Assembly: GCA_963832145.1 (NCBI GenBank)
Contig: CAWHTA010000011.1
Span: forward strand, 665,451 to 729,450
Length of the DNA: 64,000 nt
Source of the DNA: an uncultured Acidobacteriota bacterium
GTDB taxonomy: Bacteria; Acidobacteriota; Thermoanaerobaculia; UBA5066; Gp7-AA6
Reading direction: 5' to 3'
Position 1 is the stretch's first letter; each line of letters opens with the position of its first letter. Below are positions 8,680-18,877 of this stretch, piece after piece. The notes beneath the pieces were generated by a model. It had not been told where the DNA came from. It made no database searches and saw only the letters and a program-made list of their open reading frames with translations. The position numbers were made by a program, and so were the translations under genes.

Positions 8680-9288
8680 TTATCTCTTCCGGCCGCGTCG
8701 AGCAGCCGCCACAGACGCCCTCTTTTTCGGTGCGCTCTTCTTCGGTGGCGCCTTCTTCGCGGGCGGCGCGGGCTTCTTCTTCGCGGGGGCGGCCGCGCGC
8801 GCCGGTTCCTTGCGGGCGGGGGGCTTCGCAGGGGGCTTCGTCGGTCCGGCGGCGAGTTTCTTCGCGGCCTTCTTCGCGGCGGAGGCCGTCCGGCGCGCGA
8901 CAGCGGCCGCCTCTTTCTTCTCGAGAGCGCGCGCGAGCGCTTCCCGCTCCATCACCCCGAGCCGCTCGGCGAGCTCCGCCTCCGTCACGATCGACGCCTG
9001 GGAGAGCCTCTTGCGCACGGCGTCCAGGCGGTCTTCCGGCACGCGGAGGAGGAAGAGCGGAGTCTCCTTGGTTTCCCGCGCTTTGGCGATGTAATCCGCG
9101 GTCTCGAGGGCATGGGAGGGGGCGTGCGAAAAGTCGACGGCGACGGCGATCGGCTTCTCGCGTTTGGCGAGCTCCCAGAACCCCGGCCAGCGGGGCTCCG
9201 TGACGATGATGTGCGCGCCGCTCTTGGCGAGCTTGTTCAGCCGGCCGGCGCGCTCGTCGCTCTCGAAGTGAAGATAAAGAAGGCTCAT
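8680..9288 (-). CDS. hypothetical protein with histone-H1/AlgP-like Lys-Ala-Pro-rich C-terminal tail
   Basis: Globular N-terminus of about 110 aa, then ..AAKKAAKKLAAGPTKPPAKPPARKEPARAAAPAKKKPAPPAKKAPPKKSAPKKR... Confidence 0.6.
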   Translation of the reverse strand: MSLLYLHFESDERAGRLNKLAKSGAHIIVTEPRWPGFWELAKREKPIAVAVDFSHAPSHALETADYIAKARETKETPLFLLRVPEDRLDAVRKRLSQASIVTEAELAERLGVMEREALARALEKKEAAAVARRTASAAKKAAKKLAAGPTKPPAKPPARKEPARAAAPAKKKPAPPAKKAPPKKSAPKKRASVAAARRGRKR

Positions 9289-9303
9289 GTGAAGAGCTGG
9301 CGA

Positions 9304-10947
9304 CTATAGCAGCGTTGCTCTTTTGCGGCGGGGAGACGACGCGGCCTCCGTTCCGTTCTCCCGATAGTGGCTGCCCTGCGACACGCGGTTGTCCGACGCG
9401 GCCCGATGGATCGCGAGCGCGGTCTGGATCCCGTTGCGCAGGCCGAGGAGCTCGTCGGACATCGTCCCGCGGCGGTAGAAGTTCTCGATCTCGTCGCGCA
9501 GCTCGCCCAGGATCCGTCCCGCGCGGTCGAGCCGCTTCTCCGAACGGAGCAGCCCCACGTAGTTCCACATCGTGTGCCGCACGACGAGCCAGTCCTGGGC
9601 GATGAGCGCCGGGTCCACCGGCTCGAACTCCGGCTCCCAGGGCCGGACCGCGATCGGCCGGCGCAGTGTCTCGGAGCGGACCGAGCGGGCGGCCGCGGCC
9701 CCCGCCCTCCAACCCCAGAGGAGCCCCTCGAGAAGCGAGGTCGAGGCGAGTCGGTTGGCCCCGTGGACGCCGCTCGCCGCGACCTCGCCCGCCGCGCGCA
9801 GGCGAGCGAGAGTCGTCGCCCCGTCCCGATCCACGGAGACGCCCCCGCACGAGTAGTGCGCCGCCGGAACGACCGGGATCGGTCCAGCCGTCAGGTCGAA
9901 GCCATGCTCGAGGCACCGTCGCGTGAGACCCGGAAACCGCTCGCGGATCCACTCGGCGGGCTTGTGAGAGATGTCGAGAAACGCGTAGGGCTCGTCCCTC
10001 TCGAGCATGCGCTGATGGATCGCGCGCGCGACGACGTCGCGCGGCGCGAGCTCCGCGTCGGGGTGCGCGTCGCGCAGGAAGCGGTTCCCGGCGGCGTCCG
10101 TGATCACCGCGCCCTCGCCGCGCAGCGCCTCGGTCAGGAGGAGCCGCCCCTTCGGATGCACGAGGGCCGTCGGGTGGAACTGGATGTACTCGAGGTTCAG
10201 CAGCCGCGCGCCCGCGCGCCGCGCCATGGCGATGCCGTCGCCGCGCGCGCCCTGGGGGTTGGTGGTGTGGAGGTAGACCTGCCCGAGCCCGCCGGTCGCG
10301 AGGATCGTTTCCCGCGCGAGGACGGCTTTCACGTCGCCGGATTCGCGCTCGAGGAGGCGGGCCCCCACGACGGTCGGCGGGTCGTAACGGTCCGTCGGAT
10401 CGACCGAGTCGTGGGAGAGCGTGAGGAGGTCGACGGCGGTCGTCGCCGTGAGCCAGCGGACGTTCTTCTCGCGCCGGCAGGCGTCGAGGAGCGCCCGCTC
10501 GATCGGCGCGCCGGTCTCGTCCTTGACGTGGAGGACGCGCGCCACCGAATGGGCGCCCTCGAGCGTCCAGTGGAACCCGCCGCCCTCGCGATCGAAGGGG
10601 ACCTGGAGCTCTTCGACGAGGAGCTCGTTGACGAGGTCCGGCCCCTCCTGCGCGAGCAGGTCCACCGCGTCCGGATCGCAGAGACCGTCGCCGGCCCGGC
10701 GGATGTCCGAGGCGAGAAGCTCGGCGGAGTCTCCGGGCGGGCGCGCGACGATCCCGCCCTGCGCGTAGAACGTGTTCGACTCCGCCGCGTCCCGGGCGCG
10801 CGTGACGAGCACGACGTCGGCCCCTCCCCGGGCCGCCGCGAGGGCCGCCGCGCATCCGGCGACGCCGGTCCCGAGGACGAGGACTTCCGCGGGAGAGTTG
10901 TGCGGGATCGGACCCCCTTTGGGGATCCGACCCCGAGCGTCACCCAC
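9304..10947 (-). CDS. nadB: L-aspartate oxidase
   Basis: ..VLVLGTGVAGCAAALAAA.., ..FYAQGGI.., ..HYSCGGV.. flavoprotein motifs. Its start overlaps the nadC stop by 8 nt. Confidence 0.9.
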   Translation of the reverse strand: MGDARGRIPKGGPIPHNSPAEVLVLGTGVAGCAAALAAARGGADVVLVTRARDAAESNTFYAQGGIVARPPGDSAELLASDIRRAGDGLCDPDAVDLLAQEGPDLVNELLVEELQVPFDREGGGFHWTLEGAHSVARVLHVKDETGAPIERALLDACRREKNVRWLTATTAVDLLTLSHDSVDPTDRYDPPTVVGARLLERESGDVKAVLARETILATGGLGQVYLHTTNPQGARGDGIAMARRAGARLLNLEYIQFHPTALVHPKGRLLLTEALRGEGAVITDAAGNRFLRDAHPDAELAPRDVVARAIHQRMLERDEPYAFLDISHKPAEWIRERFPGLTRRCLEHGFDLTAGPIPVVPAAHYSCGGVSVDRDGATTLARLRAAGEVAASGVHGANRLASTSLLEGLLWGWRAGAAAARSVRSETLRRPIAVRPWEPEFEPVDPALIAQDWLVVRHTMWNYVGLLRSEKRLDRAGRILGELRDEIENFYRRGTMSDELLGLRNGIQTALAIHRAASDNRVSQGSHYRENGTEAASSPRRKRATLL

Positions 10948-11800
10948 GCTGCACCTGGATCTCGAGAGAGACGTCCGCGGCGGTGACCGAGTGCGTGAGC
11001 GCGCCGACGGAGATCTCGTCGGCGCCGGCCGTCGCGTACGAACGCACCCGGGCGAGGGTCATGTTGCCCGAGGCCTCGATCGTCGGGCGACGGCGGCCCG
11101 CGCGCACGATGGCCGCCCAGCGCCCGACCGTTTCAGCGGACTGGTTGTCGATCAGAACCCGGTCCGCGCCGCCCGCCACCGCCGCGCGGAGGTCGTCTTC
11201 CGTCTCCACCTCGACCTCGACGCCCATCCCGTCCTTCGCGACCCGCCGGACGGCGTCGAGCGCCGGCGCCACGCCTCCCGCGACAGCGAGGTGGTTGTCC
11301 TTGACGAGCACGAGGTCGAAGAGGCCGAAGCGGTGGTTTTTCCCGCCCCCGTCGCGCACGGCGGCACGGTCGAAGGCGCGCAGTCCCGGCGCCGTCTTGC
11401 GGGTATCGAGGATCCGGCAGCCGGTCCCTTCCACCGCCTCGACGTAACGGCGCGTCGTCGTGGCAATGCCGCACATCCTCTGAAGGAGGTTCAACGCGAC
11501 CCGCTCGCCGGTCAGGATCGCGCGCGCCTTCCCCGACAGGGTGGCGAGAGTCGCGCCCGCGGTCACTTTCGCGCCGGGGGCCGCCCGATCCTTCCAGGAG
11601 ATCCCGGGGTCGAGGAGCTCGAACACGCGTCGCGCCTCCGGGAGCCCGGACACGACGCACTCCGATCTCGCGACGATCTCGGCGGCGGCGACGGCGTCGG
11701 GTGGAACGATCGTGTTTGTCGTGACGTCGCCGGAGCCCATGTCCTCCGCCAGGAACTCACGGAGCTTCGCGTCGAGCTCTTCGGCGGAGAGGCCGTCCAT
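10940..11800 (-). CDS. nadC: nicotinate-nucleotide diphosphorylase (carboxylating)
   Basis: 286-aa segment MDGLSAEELDAKLREFLAEDMGSGDVTT..ILDTRKTAPGLR..VLVKDNH.. of the 711-aa run-on ORF. ATG at 11798-11800. Confidence 0.88.
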   Translation of the reverse strand: MDGLSAEELDAKLREFLAEDMGSGDVTTNTIVPPDAVAAAEIVARSECVVSGLPEARRVFELLDPGISWKDRAAPGAKVTAGATLATLSGKARAILTGERVALNLLQRMCGIATTTRRYVEAVEGTGCRILDTRKTAPGLRAFDRAAVRDGGGKNHRFGLFDLVLVKDNHLAVAGGVAPALDAVRRVAKDGMGVEVEVETEDDLRAAVAGGADRVLIDNQSAETVGRWAAIVRAGRRRPTIEASGNMTLARVRSYATAGADEISVGALTHSVTAADVSLEIQVQRG

Positions 11801-11849
11801 GCGCGAGGGAGGATACCGAAAGGGGACTGGCCCCATGGGGAGAGGGAAC

Positions 11850-11985
11850 CAGATTTCTCGTCGCTCCGCTCCTCGGAATGACAGAAAACTGCCGTCATCC
11901 CGAGACAATCGCCTTCTCTTGGCATCCCGAGCCCTTCGCCATCGGTTGTCATCCCGAGCGAAGCGAGGGATCTGTGTCCCTCTCG
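11850..11985. repeat. cluster of GTCATYCYGAG-type palindromic repeat units
   Basis: ..CTCGTCGCTCCGCTCCTCGGAATGAC.., GTCATCCCGAGACA.., GGCATCCCGAGCCCTTCGCC, GTCATCCCGAGCGAAGCGAGGGATCTGTG. Same family as six other loci in the window. Confidence 0.85.
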
Positions 11986-12003
11986 ACCGCGCTGCGCGCG
12001 TGC

Positions 12004-13005
12004 TTACGACAGCTCGAGCATCCTCAAAAGGGGCTTCTCCGCCGCTTTCCGGAGCTCCTCGGGCATCACGATCTCGGGTCGCTCGTCGCGCAGGCACAGG
12101 TACAGCTTTTCGAGCGTGTTCAGCTTCATGAACGGGCACTCGTTGCAGCGGCACCCGTTGTCGGGAGGGATGGGGATGTACTCGCGGTCCGGCGCGAGCT
12201 TCCGCATCTGGTGGATGATCCCCTCCTCCGTCGCGATCAGGTACTTCTTCGCCGGCCCGGTCGTGACGAACTGGAGGATGGAGCGGGTCGAGCCGATGTG
12301 GTCGGCGTGCTTCAGGATCCCGTCGGGGCACTCCGGGTGGGCGGCGACGAGCGCGTCGGGGTGCTGGACCTTCAGTCGAATGATCTCGCGCTCCGAGAAC
12401 TGCTCGTGGACGATGCAGCTGCCCGGCCAGAGCACCATGGGCCGGCCGGTCTTCTTCGCGAGGTAGGCGCCGAGGTGGCGGTCGGGCGCGAAGAGGATCT
12501 CCTGGTCGCGCGGGATCGTCTGGACGATCTTCTCGGCGTTCGAAGACGTCACGATGATGTCCGAGAGCGCTTTGACCGCCGCGGAGCAGTTGATGTACGT
12601 GAGCGACACCGCTCCCGGGTGCTTCTCCCGCCAGGCGCGGAACATCTCCGGGGGGCAGGAGTTCTCGAGCGAGCATCCCGCTTCGTAGTCGGGCAGGACG
12701 ACCTTTCGCGTCGGGTTCAGGATCTTCGCCGTCTCCGCCATGAACCGCACTCCGGCGAAAGCGATGATGCGGGCGTCGGACGCCTGCGCGCGGCGAGAGA
12801 GGTCGAGCGAGTCCCCGACGAAGTCCGCGAGGTCCTGGATCTCCTCCTCCTGGTAGTAGTGCGAGAGCAGGACGGCGTTCTTCTCCCGCTTCAGCCGGAC
12901 GATCTCCGACTCGAGGTCGAGTCGCGGGTCGACCGAGGAGAGGTCCGGGGGCGCGGGCCGGAATCCCGGGCCGTCGGAAGGCACGACCGGAACGGGCGCG
13001 CTCAT
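12004..13005 (-). CDS. nadA: quinolinate synthase
   Basis: ..LLSHYYQ..IQDLADFVGDSL..VRFMAETAKIL..CSLE..HPECP.. The start is taken at ATG 13005 (MSAPVP..); the ORF allows 13056. Confidence 0.88.
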   Translation of the reverse strand: MSAPVPVVPSDGPGFRPAPPDLSSVDPRLDLESEIVRLKREKNAVLLSHYYQEEEIQDLADFVGDSLDLSRRAQASDARIIAFAGVRFMAETAKILNPTRKVVLPDYEAGCSLENSCPPEMFRAWREKHPGAVSLTYINCSAAVKALSDIIVTSSNAEKIVQTIPRDQEILFAPDRHLGAYLAKKTGRPMVLWPGSCIVHEQFSEREIIRLKVQHPDALVAAHPECPDGILKHADHIGSTRSILQFVTTGPAKKYLIATEEGIIHQMRKLAPDREYIPIPPDNGCRCNECPFMKLNTLEKLYLCLRDERPEIVMPEELRKAAEKPLLRMLELS

Positions 13006-13049
13006 GGCTCCGAAGATAACAAGAGGCGCTCTGGTATATTGCCGGGTCC

Positions 13050-15167
13050 GTGGCAACCGAAGTCCAGTCAGACAAATACAGGGGTCTGGACGGAGCGGAT
13101 CTGGTCGCGGCCTACCGCAACATCTACCTCTCGCGGAAGGTCGACGACAAGGAGATCCAGCTCAAGCGGCAGAACCGGATCTACTTCCAGATCAACAGCG
13201 CCGGGCACGAAGCGGTCACGACCGCCGCCGCGATGCTGTTGAAGCCCGCCTACGACTGGTTCGACTGCTACTACCGCGACCGAGCCTTCTGCCTCCAGAT
13301 CGGCGTGACGGCGTACGAGATGTTCCTCCAGTCGGTCGGAGCGAAGGATGACCCGTCGTCGGCGGGCCGCCAGATGCCCGCCCACTGGGGCTCGCGCCGG
13401 CTGAATCTGATTTCGAAGTCGTCGTGCACGGGAACGCAGTTCCTCCACGCCGTCGGCGCCGCGGAGGGGGGCTGGCGGCTCTCCCGAATTCCGGAGCTCG
13501 CCTCGCAGGGAGGCTTTGAGAAGGACGAGGTCGCCTACGTCTCCTCCGGGGAGGGACAGACGTCCGAGGGGGAGTTCTGGGAATCGCTCTCGAGCGCATG
13601 CAACCTGAAGCTGCCGGTCCTCTATCTCGTCGAGGACAACGGTTACGCCATCTCCGTCCCCGTGGAGGTCAACACTCCCGGCGGTTCGATCTCGAAGCTC
13701 CTGACCGGGTTCCCGGACCTCTTCGTGGCGGAAGTGGACGGCTGCGACTTCCTCGAGTCCTACGACGCCCTGCGGCGGGCGGTCGAGCACTGCCGGGCGC
13801 GGCGCGGCCCGGCACTCGTGCACGCGCAAGTCATCCGTCCCTACAGCCACTCGCTCTCTGACGACGAGGCGCTCTACCGTCCGAAAGAGGAGCGGGATCG
13901 GGATCTCGCCCGCGACCCGGTCACGACTTTCGCGCGGTTCCTCGTCACCGAGGGAATCCTCTCGGAAGCGTCCCTCGCGCGCCTCAAGGAAGAGGTCGAG
14001 GCCGAGGTGAACGAGGCCGCCGATCGCGCGCTCGCGGCGGAGCTGCCCGCCCCGGAGTCCGCGTACGACTTCGTCTATTCGCCGGACGTCGATCCGACGT
14101 CGCCCGCGTTTTCCACCGCTCCCGCGCCGGCGGAGGGCGCCGTGCCGACGACGATGGTGGACCTGCTGAACGCCTGCATGCGGGACGAGATGAAGCGGGA
14201 CCCGCGGATCGTCGTCTTCGGAGAAGATGTCGCCGACGCGTCGCGCGAGGAGGTCCTCGCCGAGTGCAAGGGCAAGGGGGGCGTCTTCAAGGTCACGCAC
14301 AACCTCCAGCGCCTCTACGGGAAAGACCGTGTGTTCAACGCGCCGCTCGCCGAGGCGAACATCGTCGGCCGCGCGATCGGGATGGCGCTGCGGGGTCTGA
14401 AACCGGTCGTCGAGATCCAGTTCTACGACTACATCTGGCCCGCGTACATGCAGATCCGCAGCGAGCTCGCGACGATGCGCTGGCGGTCGGGCAACACGTG
14501 GGCCTGCCCGATGGTCGTGCGGGTGCCGATCGGCGGCTACATCGGCGGCGGAGCGATGTATCACTCGCAGTCCGGCGCGGTGCTGATGACCCATTTGCCC
14601 GGCCTGCGTGTCGTGCTCCCGTCGAACGCGCTCGACGCGAACGGCCTCCTCCGCACGGCGATCCGCTGCGACGACCCGGTGCTCTTTCTCGAGCACAAGC
14701 ACCTGTACCGGCAGACGCACAACAAGGGGATCTACCCCGGCGCCGAGTACATGGTCCCGTTCGGCAAGGCCTCCGTCGTCCAGGAGGGCGCCGACGTCAC
14801 CGTCGTCACCTACGGCGCGACGGTCTACCGCTCCTGGCAGGCCGCGAGCGCCTTCACGGAGGCAACCGGAAAAACGGTCGAGATCCTCGACCTGCGCAGC
14901 CTGTCTCCGTACGACCGCGAAGCGATCGCCGCTTCGGTCCGGAAGACGGGGCGCGCGGTGGTCGTGTACGAGGACCCGATCTCATGGGGCTACGGCGCCG
15001 AGATCGCCGCCTGGATCTCGTCCGAGCTCTTCGCGTGGCTCGACGCGCCCGTCGAGAGGGTCGCCGCGACCGATACCTACGTCGCTTACCAGCCCCAGGT
15101 GGAGGACTTCATCCTCCCGCAGGCATCGCACGTGCGTAGGGCTTTGGAGCGCGTCGCGTCCTTTTAG
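13050..15167 (+). CDS. 2-oxoacid (branched-chain type) dehydrogenase E1 component, fused alpha-beta subunits
   Basis: The N-terminal half carries the TPP-binding alpha part (..[14 protein letters not shown]..). The C-terminal half carries the beta part (..[28 protein letters not shown]..). Confidence 0.85.
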   Translation: MATEVQSDKYRGLDGADLVAAYRNIYLSRKVDDKEIQLKRQNRIYFQINSAGHEAVTTAAAMLLKPAYDWFDCYYRDRAFCLQIGVTAYEMFLQSVGAKDDPSSAGRQMPAHWGSRRLNLISKSSCTGTQFLHAVGAAEGGWRLSRIPELASQGGFEKDEVAYVSSGEGQTSEGEFWESLSSACNLKLPVLYLVEDNGYAISVPVEVNTPGGSISKLLTGFPDLFVAEVDGCDFLESYDALRRAVEHCRARRGPALVHAQVIRPYSHSLSDDEALYRPKEERDRDLARDPVTTFARFLVTEGILSEASLARLKEEVEAEVNEAADRALAAELPAPESAYDFVYSPDVDPTSPAFSTAPAPAEGAVPTTMVDLLNACMRDEMKRDPRIVVFGEDVADASREEVLAECKGKGGVFKVTHNLQRLYGKDRVFNAPLAEANIVGRAIGMALRGLKPVVEIQFYDYIWPAYMQIRSELATMRWRSGNTWACPMVVRVPIGGYIGGGAMYHSQSGAVLMTHLPGLRVVLPSNALDANGLLRTAIRCDDPVLFLEHKHLYRQTHNKGIYPGAEYMVPFGKASVVQEGADVTVVTYGATVYRSWQAASAFTEATGKTVEILDLRSLSPYDREAIAASVRKTGRAVVVYEDPISWGYGAEIAAWISSELFAWLDAPVERVAATDTYVAYQPQVEDFILPQASHVRRALERVASF

Positions 15168-15353
15168 GCTCCATTCGGAGTAAGCTGGGTTTCCCGAACC
15201 GAAAACTGACCTCAGATTGCGACAGATTTCGTCGCCGAGGCGACAAGTTTCCGGGCCAAGTAAACGCTAAGTCCTTTGTTCACAGGAAGTGAGGAATGGT
15301 ATGTGGTCTGCTCTATCCCATGGCGTCGGAAGACAGAAGGAAGTGAAAGAGCC

Positions 15354-15566
15354 ATGTGGAGGGAATTGCAGTTGAGCATCGAAACGCCGGTCAATGCGAA
15401 TCACCGGTCCCTGAGACGGTGTCACGGCTGCGGAAACTACACGCGCCCGTTCGTCGAGATGGAAGGAACGATCCGGTGCGAGAAGTGCGCGAAGAAGAAC
15501 GAGGGCACCGACGGGCCGGAGAAGGAAAGCCTGGAAGGGATCGAGACCTACGGAACGATCGCCTAG
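15354..15566 (+). CDS. small zinc-ribbon protein (70 aa), hypothetical
   Basis: MWRELQL..CHGCGNY..IRCEKCAKK..; lies in a locally AT-richer gap; the start was chosen at the ATG after GAAAGAG. Confidence 0.4.
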   Translation: MWRELQLSIETPVNANHRSLRRCHGCGNYTRPFVEMEGTIRCEKCAKKNEGTDGPEKESLEGIETYGTIA

Positions 15567-15598
15567 GCTGACGACCCGGACCTGATAGCTTCCGCCCG

Positions 15599-16438
15599 GT
15601 GAAGGCCGATCACCGGGCCACTCTTCTCCGCCGCCGAATCTTCTCTCCCGGTTTCTTTTCGGTCACCTTTCGGGCGCCCGACCTCGCCTCCGGCGTCCTT
15701 CCCGGGCAGTTCGTCATGCTCGAGGTCCCGGGCCGTCTCCGTCCCTATCTTCGACGCGCCTACTCCGTCGCGGATGCCGATCCCGTCGCGGGTGAGGTCG
15801 AGTTCCTCGTCCGCACGATCGGGCCCGGAACCTCCGCGGTCGAGCATCTCGCCCAGGGCTCCGGCGCTTCGCTGCTCGGACCGCTCGGCAACGGGTTCTC
15901 GCTCGACGGTCTCGACCGTTCGGCACCGGTCGCCGTCGTCGCGGGCGGGATCGGCGCGGCTCCCTTCCCGCTCCTCTTCCGCGCCCTGACGGCCGCGGGC
16001 TTCACCGGCGACCTCTACCTCGGCGGCCGCAACGCCGCCGAGCTCGACTTCCGCGAGCGCTTCGCCGGGATCGTTCCCGGCGAAACGATCCTCTCGACCG
16101 ACGACGGCTCGCTGGGCGAGAAGGGGTTCGTGACGGCGGCGTTCGAGCGCCGCGCCTCCGCCGCTTTGCGCCCCTACTCCCGCGTCTACGCCTGCGGACC
16201 GATGCCGATGTTCGCGGCGCTCGCCCCCGTCGTCGCGCGCGCACGCCTTTCTGCCGAGTTCTCGACGGAGGCGGCGATGGGCTGCGGCTTCGGGGCGTGC
16301 CTCGGCTGCGTCATCCCCGGCACGGAGAAGCCCTTCGTGATCTCCTGCCTGGAGGGCCCGATCCTGCCGCCGGAGAAGATCGCGTGGGGGACCCTCACCC
16401 CGGCCCTCTCCCAGAGGGAGAGGGAGAGTGTGCTGTGA
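15599..16438 (+). CDS. pyrK: dihydroorotate dehydrogenase electron-transfer subunit
   Basis: FAD/NAD ferredoxin-reductase fold (..RRAYSVAD..) and C-terminal Cys cluster CGFGACLGC..C. Stop overlaps the pyrD GTG. Confidence 0.85.
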   Translation: MKADHRATLLRRRIFSPGFFSVTFRAPDLASGVLPGQFVMLEVPGRLRPYLRRAYSVADADPVAGEVEFLVRTIGPGTSAVEHLAQGSGASLLGPLGNGFSLDGLDRSAPVAVVAGGIGAAPFPLLFRALTAAGFTGDLYLGGRNAAELDFRERFAGIVPGETILSTDDGSLGEKGFVTAAFERRASAALRPYSRVYACGPMPMFAALAPVVARARLSAEFSTEAAMGCGFGACLGCVIPGTEKPFVISCLEGPILPPEKIAWGTLTPALSQRERESVL

Positions 16439-17382
16439 ACGCGGCCCTCGAGACCCGACTCGGACCGCTCACCCTTCGCAACCCGATCCTCACGGCGTCG
16501 GGCACGTTCGGATACGGCCTGGAGTTCACGGACTTCGTGGACCTCGCGAAGCTCGGCGGGATCTGCACGAAGGGGCTCTCGCTTCGGCCGCACGCGGGCA
16601 ACGCCCCGCCGCGCATCTGCGAGACGCCCGCCGGGATGCTGAACGCGATCGGCCTGCAGAACGTGGGAGTGAAAGTCTTTCTGGAGGAGAAGCTGCCGGC
16701 CCTGACCGCCCTCGGCGTCACGGTCATCGCGAACGTCTGGGGCGATACCGAGGAGGACTACGTCGCCGTCGTCGGCGCGCTCGAGGAGGCCGAAGGTCTC
16801 GCCGCGATCGAGCTCAACATCTCCTGTCCGAACGTCGCGAAGGGCGGCATGCTCTTCGGCAACTCGCCGGCGGCGACCGCCTCGCTCGTCGCTCGCGTGC
16901 GGGCGGCAACGAAACGGACCCTCATCGTGAAGCTCTCTCCGAACGCGCCCGACCTCGTGGAGTCCGCCCGAGCCGCCCGCGACGGGGGAGCGGACGTCCT
17001 CTCGCTCGTGAACACGTTCGTCGGAATGGCGATCGACCCGGCGAACGCGCGCCCGCGGATCTCCTTCGGCACCGGCGGCCTCTCCGGTCCCGCGATCAAG
17101 CCGCTCGCAGTGCGGATGGTCTTCCAGGTCGCCCGCGCCCTCCCCGGCGTGCCGCTCATGGGAATCGGTGGGATCTCCGACCTCTATGACGTGCTCGAGT
17201 TCCTCGCCGCGGGAGCCTCCGCGGTGCAGGTGGGGACGGCGAACTTCCGCGACCCCGCCGTATCGGGCCGGCTCGTGTCCGAGCTCGAGGCGTACTGCGC
17301 GGAGAAAGGCGTCACCGCCGCGAGCCTCGTCGGGCGCGCCCAGCGCTTTGCCCCCGGCGGCGAGAGGGGGGCGGAGGGGTGA
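16435..17382 (+). CDS. pyrD: dihydroorotate dehydrogenase (class 1B catalytic subunit)
   Basis: ..LRNPILTASGTFGYG.., ..ELNISCPN.., ..GGLSGPAIKP... GTG at 16435 within a GTGA overlap with pyrK. Confidence 0.88.
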   Translation: MNAALETRLGPLTLRNPILTASGTFGYGLEFTDFVDLAKLGGICTKGLSLRPHAGNAPPRICETPAGMLNAIGLQNVGVKVFLEEKLPALTALGVTVIANVWGDTEEDYVAVVGALEEAEGLAAIELNISCPNVAKGGMLFGNSPAATASLVARVRAATKRTLIVKLSPNAPDLVESARAARDGGADVLSLVNTFVGMAIDPANARPRISFGTGGLSGPAIKPLAVRMVFQVARALPGVPLMGIGGISDLYDVLEFLAAGASAVQVGTANFRDPAVSGRLVSELEAYCAEKGVTAASLVGRAQRFAPGGERGAEG

Positions 17383-18080
17383 GGGAAGAGCGTCTCTGCG
17401 TCGCGCTCGACTTTGGGTCGCGAGCCGAGATTCTCGAGGCCGCCCGCCGCTTCGGGCCGCGCGCCGGATGGCTGAAGGTCGGGCTCGAGGCTTTCGTCTC
17501 GGAGGGGCCCGCGATCGTCGCCGAGGTCGCCGCCACCGGCCCGAGGGTCTTCCTCGATCTCAAGCTCCACGACATCCCGAACACCGTGGCGCGCTCCGTC
17601 GCGGCGGCGTGCCGGTCGGGCGCCGCCATGGTCAACGTGCACGCGTTCGGCGGCCGCGAGATGCTCCTCGCCGCGCGGGACGCCGCGAAGAGCGCCGGAG
17701 CCGGCGTGAAGCTCGTCGCGGTGACGCTCCTGACGTCGCTCGACGCCCGCGCCCTCGCGGACCTGCCCGTCGCCGGGCACCCCGAGGGAATCGTCCGTCG
17801 CCTCGCCTCGCTCGCGAAGGAGTGCGGCGCGGACGGCGTCGTCTGCTCTCCCCGGGACCTGGCGGCGGTCCGTGCCGTCTGCGGGCCGGAATTCCTGACC
17901 GTCGTGCCGGGGATCCGTCCCGCCGGAAGCGACACTCTCGACCAGAAACGAATCGCGACCCCCGCCGCCGCGCTCGCCGCGGGCGCCGACGTCCTCGTCG
18001 TCGGGCGGCCGATCACCGCCGCTTCCGACCCGGACGCCGCGCTGGAGGCCCTCGTCGCGGAAATACAATCGGCGGCGTGA
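17379..18080 (+). CDS. pyrF: orotidine 5'-phosphate decarboxylase
   Basis: ..RLCVALDF.., ..FLDLKLHDIPNTV.., ..VVGRPIT... GTGA overlap with the pyrD stop. Confidence 0.88.
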   Translation: MREERLCVALDFGSRAEILEAARRFGPRAGWLKVGLEAFVSEGPAIVAEVAATGPRVFLDLKLHDIPNTVARSVAAACRSGAAMVNVHAFGGREMLLAARDAAKSAGAGVKLVAVTLLTSLDARALADLPVAGHPEGIVRRLASLAKECGADGVVCSPRDLAAVRAVCGPEFLTVVPGIRPAGSDTLDQKRIATPAAALAAGADVLVVGRPITAASDPDAALEALVAEIQSAA

Positions 18081-18859
18081 CCGAACCGGCGCGAAGCGAC
18101 TGGCGCGAGCCGCACGAGACGTGGATCGTCGGGCACCGCGGCGCCCCCCGCCGCGCTCACGAGAACACGATCGATAGCTTCGACTGGGCCGAGAGCTTCG
18201 GGGTGGACGCCATCGAGCTCGACGTGCGGCAGACGCGCGACGGCGAGGCCGTCGTGTTCCACGACGAGGACGTCGTTCTCGGGAACCAGCGCGTCCCCGT
18301 CCGGAGCTTCACGACCCGGGAGATCGAACGGCTGCAGCTCCCGTCGGAGCACGGCGAGTACGGCGTTCCGCGGCTGCAGGACGTTTTTCACCGATACGGT
18401 CCGGCGCTGCGCTACGTCGTCGAGGTGAAGTCCTCACCGAACTACGACCGGGGGGTGATGGCGCGCCGGATCGCGGGCCTCGCGTCCGAGTACGGCGTCC
18501 TCCCGAGGTGCCTCGTCGTTTCTTTCGATCCGGACTTCCTGAAGAAGATGCGGGAGGTCGAGCCGAGGCTCGCCACCGGATACCTTTTCGACCATCCGGT
18601 CGCGCTGCCGGAGACCGGAAAGCTCACGCCGCTCTTTCCGCACGTCGACGCGATCGGCCCGGCCCGGGAGCTCGCCACGCCGGCGCTCCTCGAGCACGCC
18701 TCAGCGGCGGGCCTGACCGTCCACCCCTGGACGATCAACGGTCCCGACGAGATCCGGCGTTTCCTCGCCGCAGGCGTCTCCTCGATCACGACCGACGAGC
18801 CGGACGCGGCGCGCACGCTGCGCGATGAAGCACCCCCGCCCGCGCCGGCGGAGGGCTAG
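18077..18859 (+). CDS. glycerophosphodiester phosphodiesterase family protein
   Basis: ..IVGHRGAPRRAHENTIDSF..AIELDVRQTRDGEAVVFHD.. (GDPD motifs). GTG at 18077 in a GTGA overlap with pyrF. Confidence 0.8.
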   Translation: MTEPARSDWREPHETWIVGHRGAPRRAHENTIDSFDWAESFGVDAIELDVRQTRDGEAVVFHDEDVVLGNQRVPVRSFTTREIERLQLPSEHGEYGVPRLQDVFHRYGPALRYVVEVKSSPNYDRGVMARRIAGLASEYGVLPRCLVVSFDPDFLKKMREVEPRLATGYLFDHPVALPETGKLTPLFPHVDAIGPARELATPALLEHASAAGLTVHPWTINGPDEIRRFLAAGVSSITTDEPDAARTLRDEAPPPAPAEG

Positions 18860-18877
18860 CCGCCAGAAAGGAACGAG

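Noticed and set aside
8601-9203. 200-aa plus-strand ORF opposite the KAP-tail protein, raising doubt about which strand is coding.
   Set aside because: The plus-strand product is S/R/P/A-rich throughout and has no start context. The minus-strand ORF has a balanced globular N-terminal domain. Residual uncertainty is reflected in the 0.6 confidence.
10940-13075. 711-aa ORF suggesting a large NadC fusion protein.
   Set aside because: Only the last 286 codons (from ATG 11800) are NadC. The upstream part reads through a repeat cluster and then an alternative frame of nadA, so it is a run-on ORF caused by the lack of stops.
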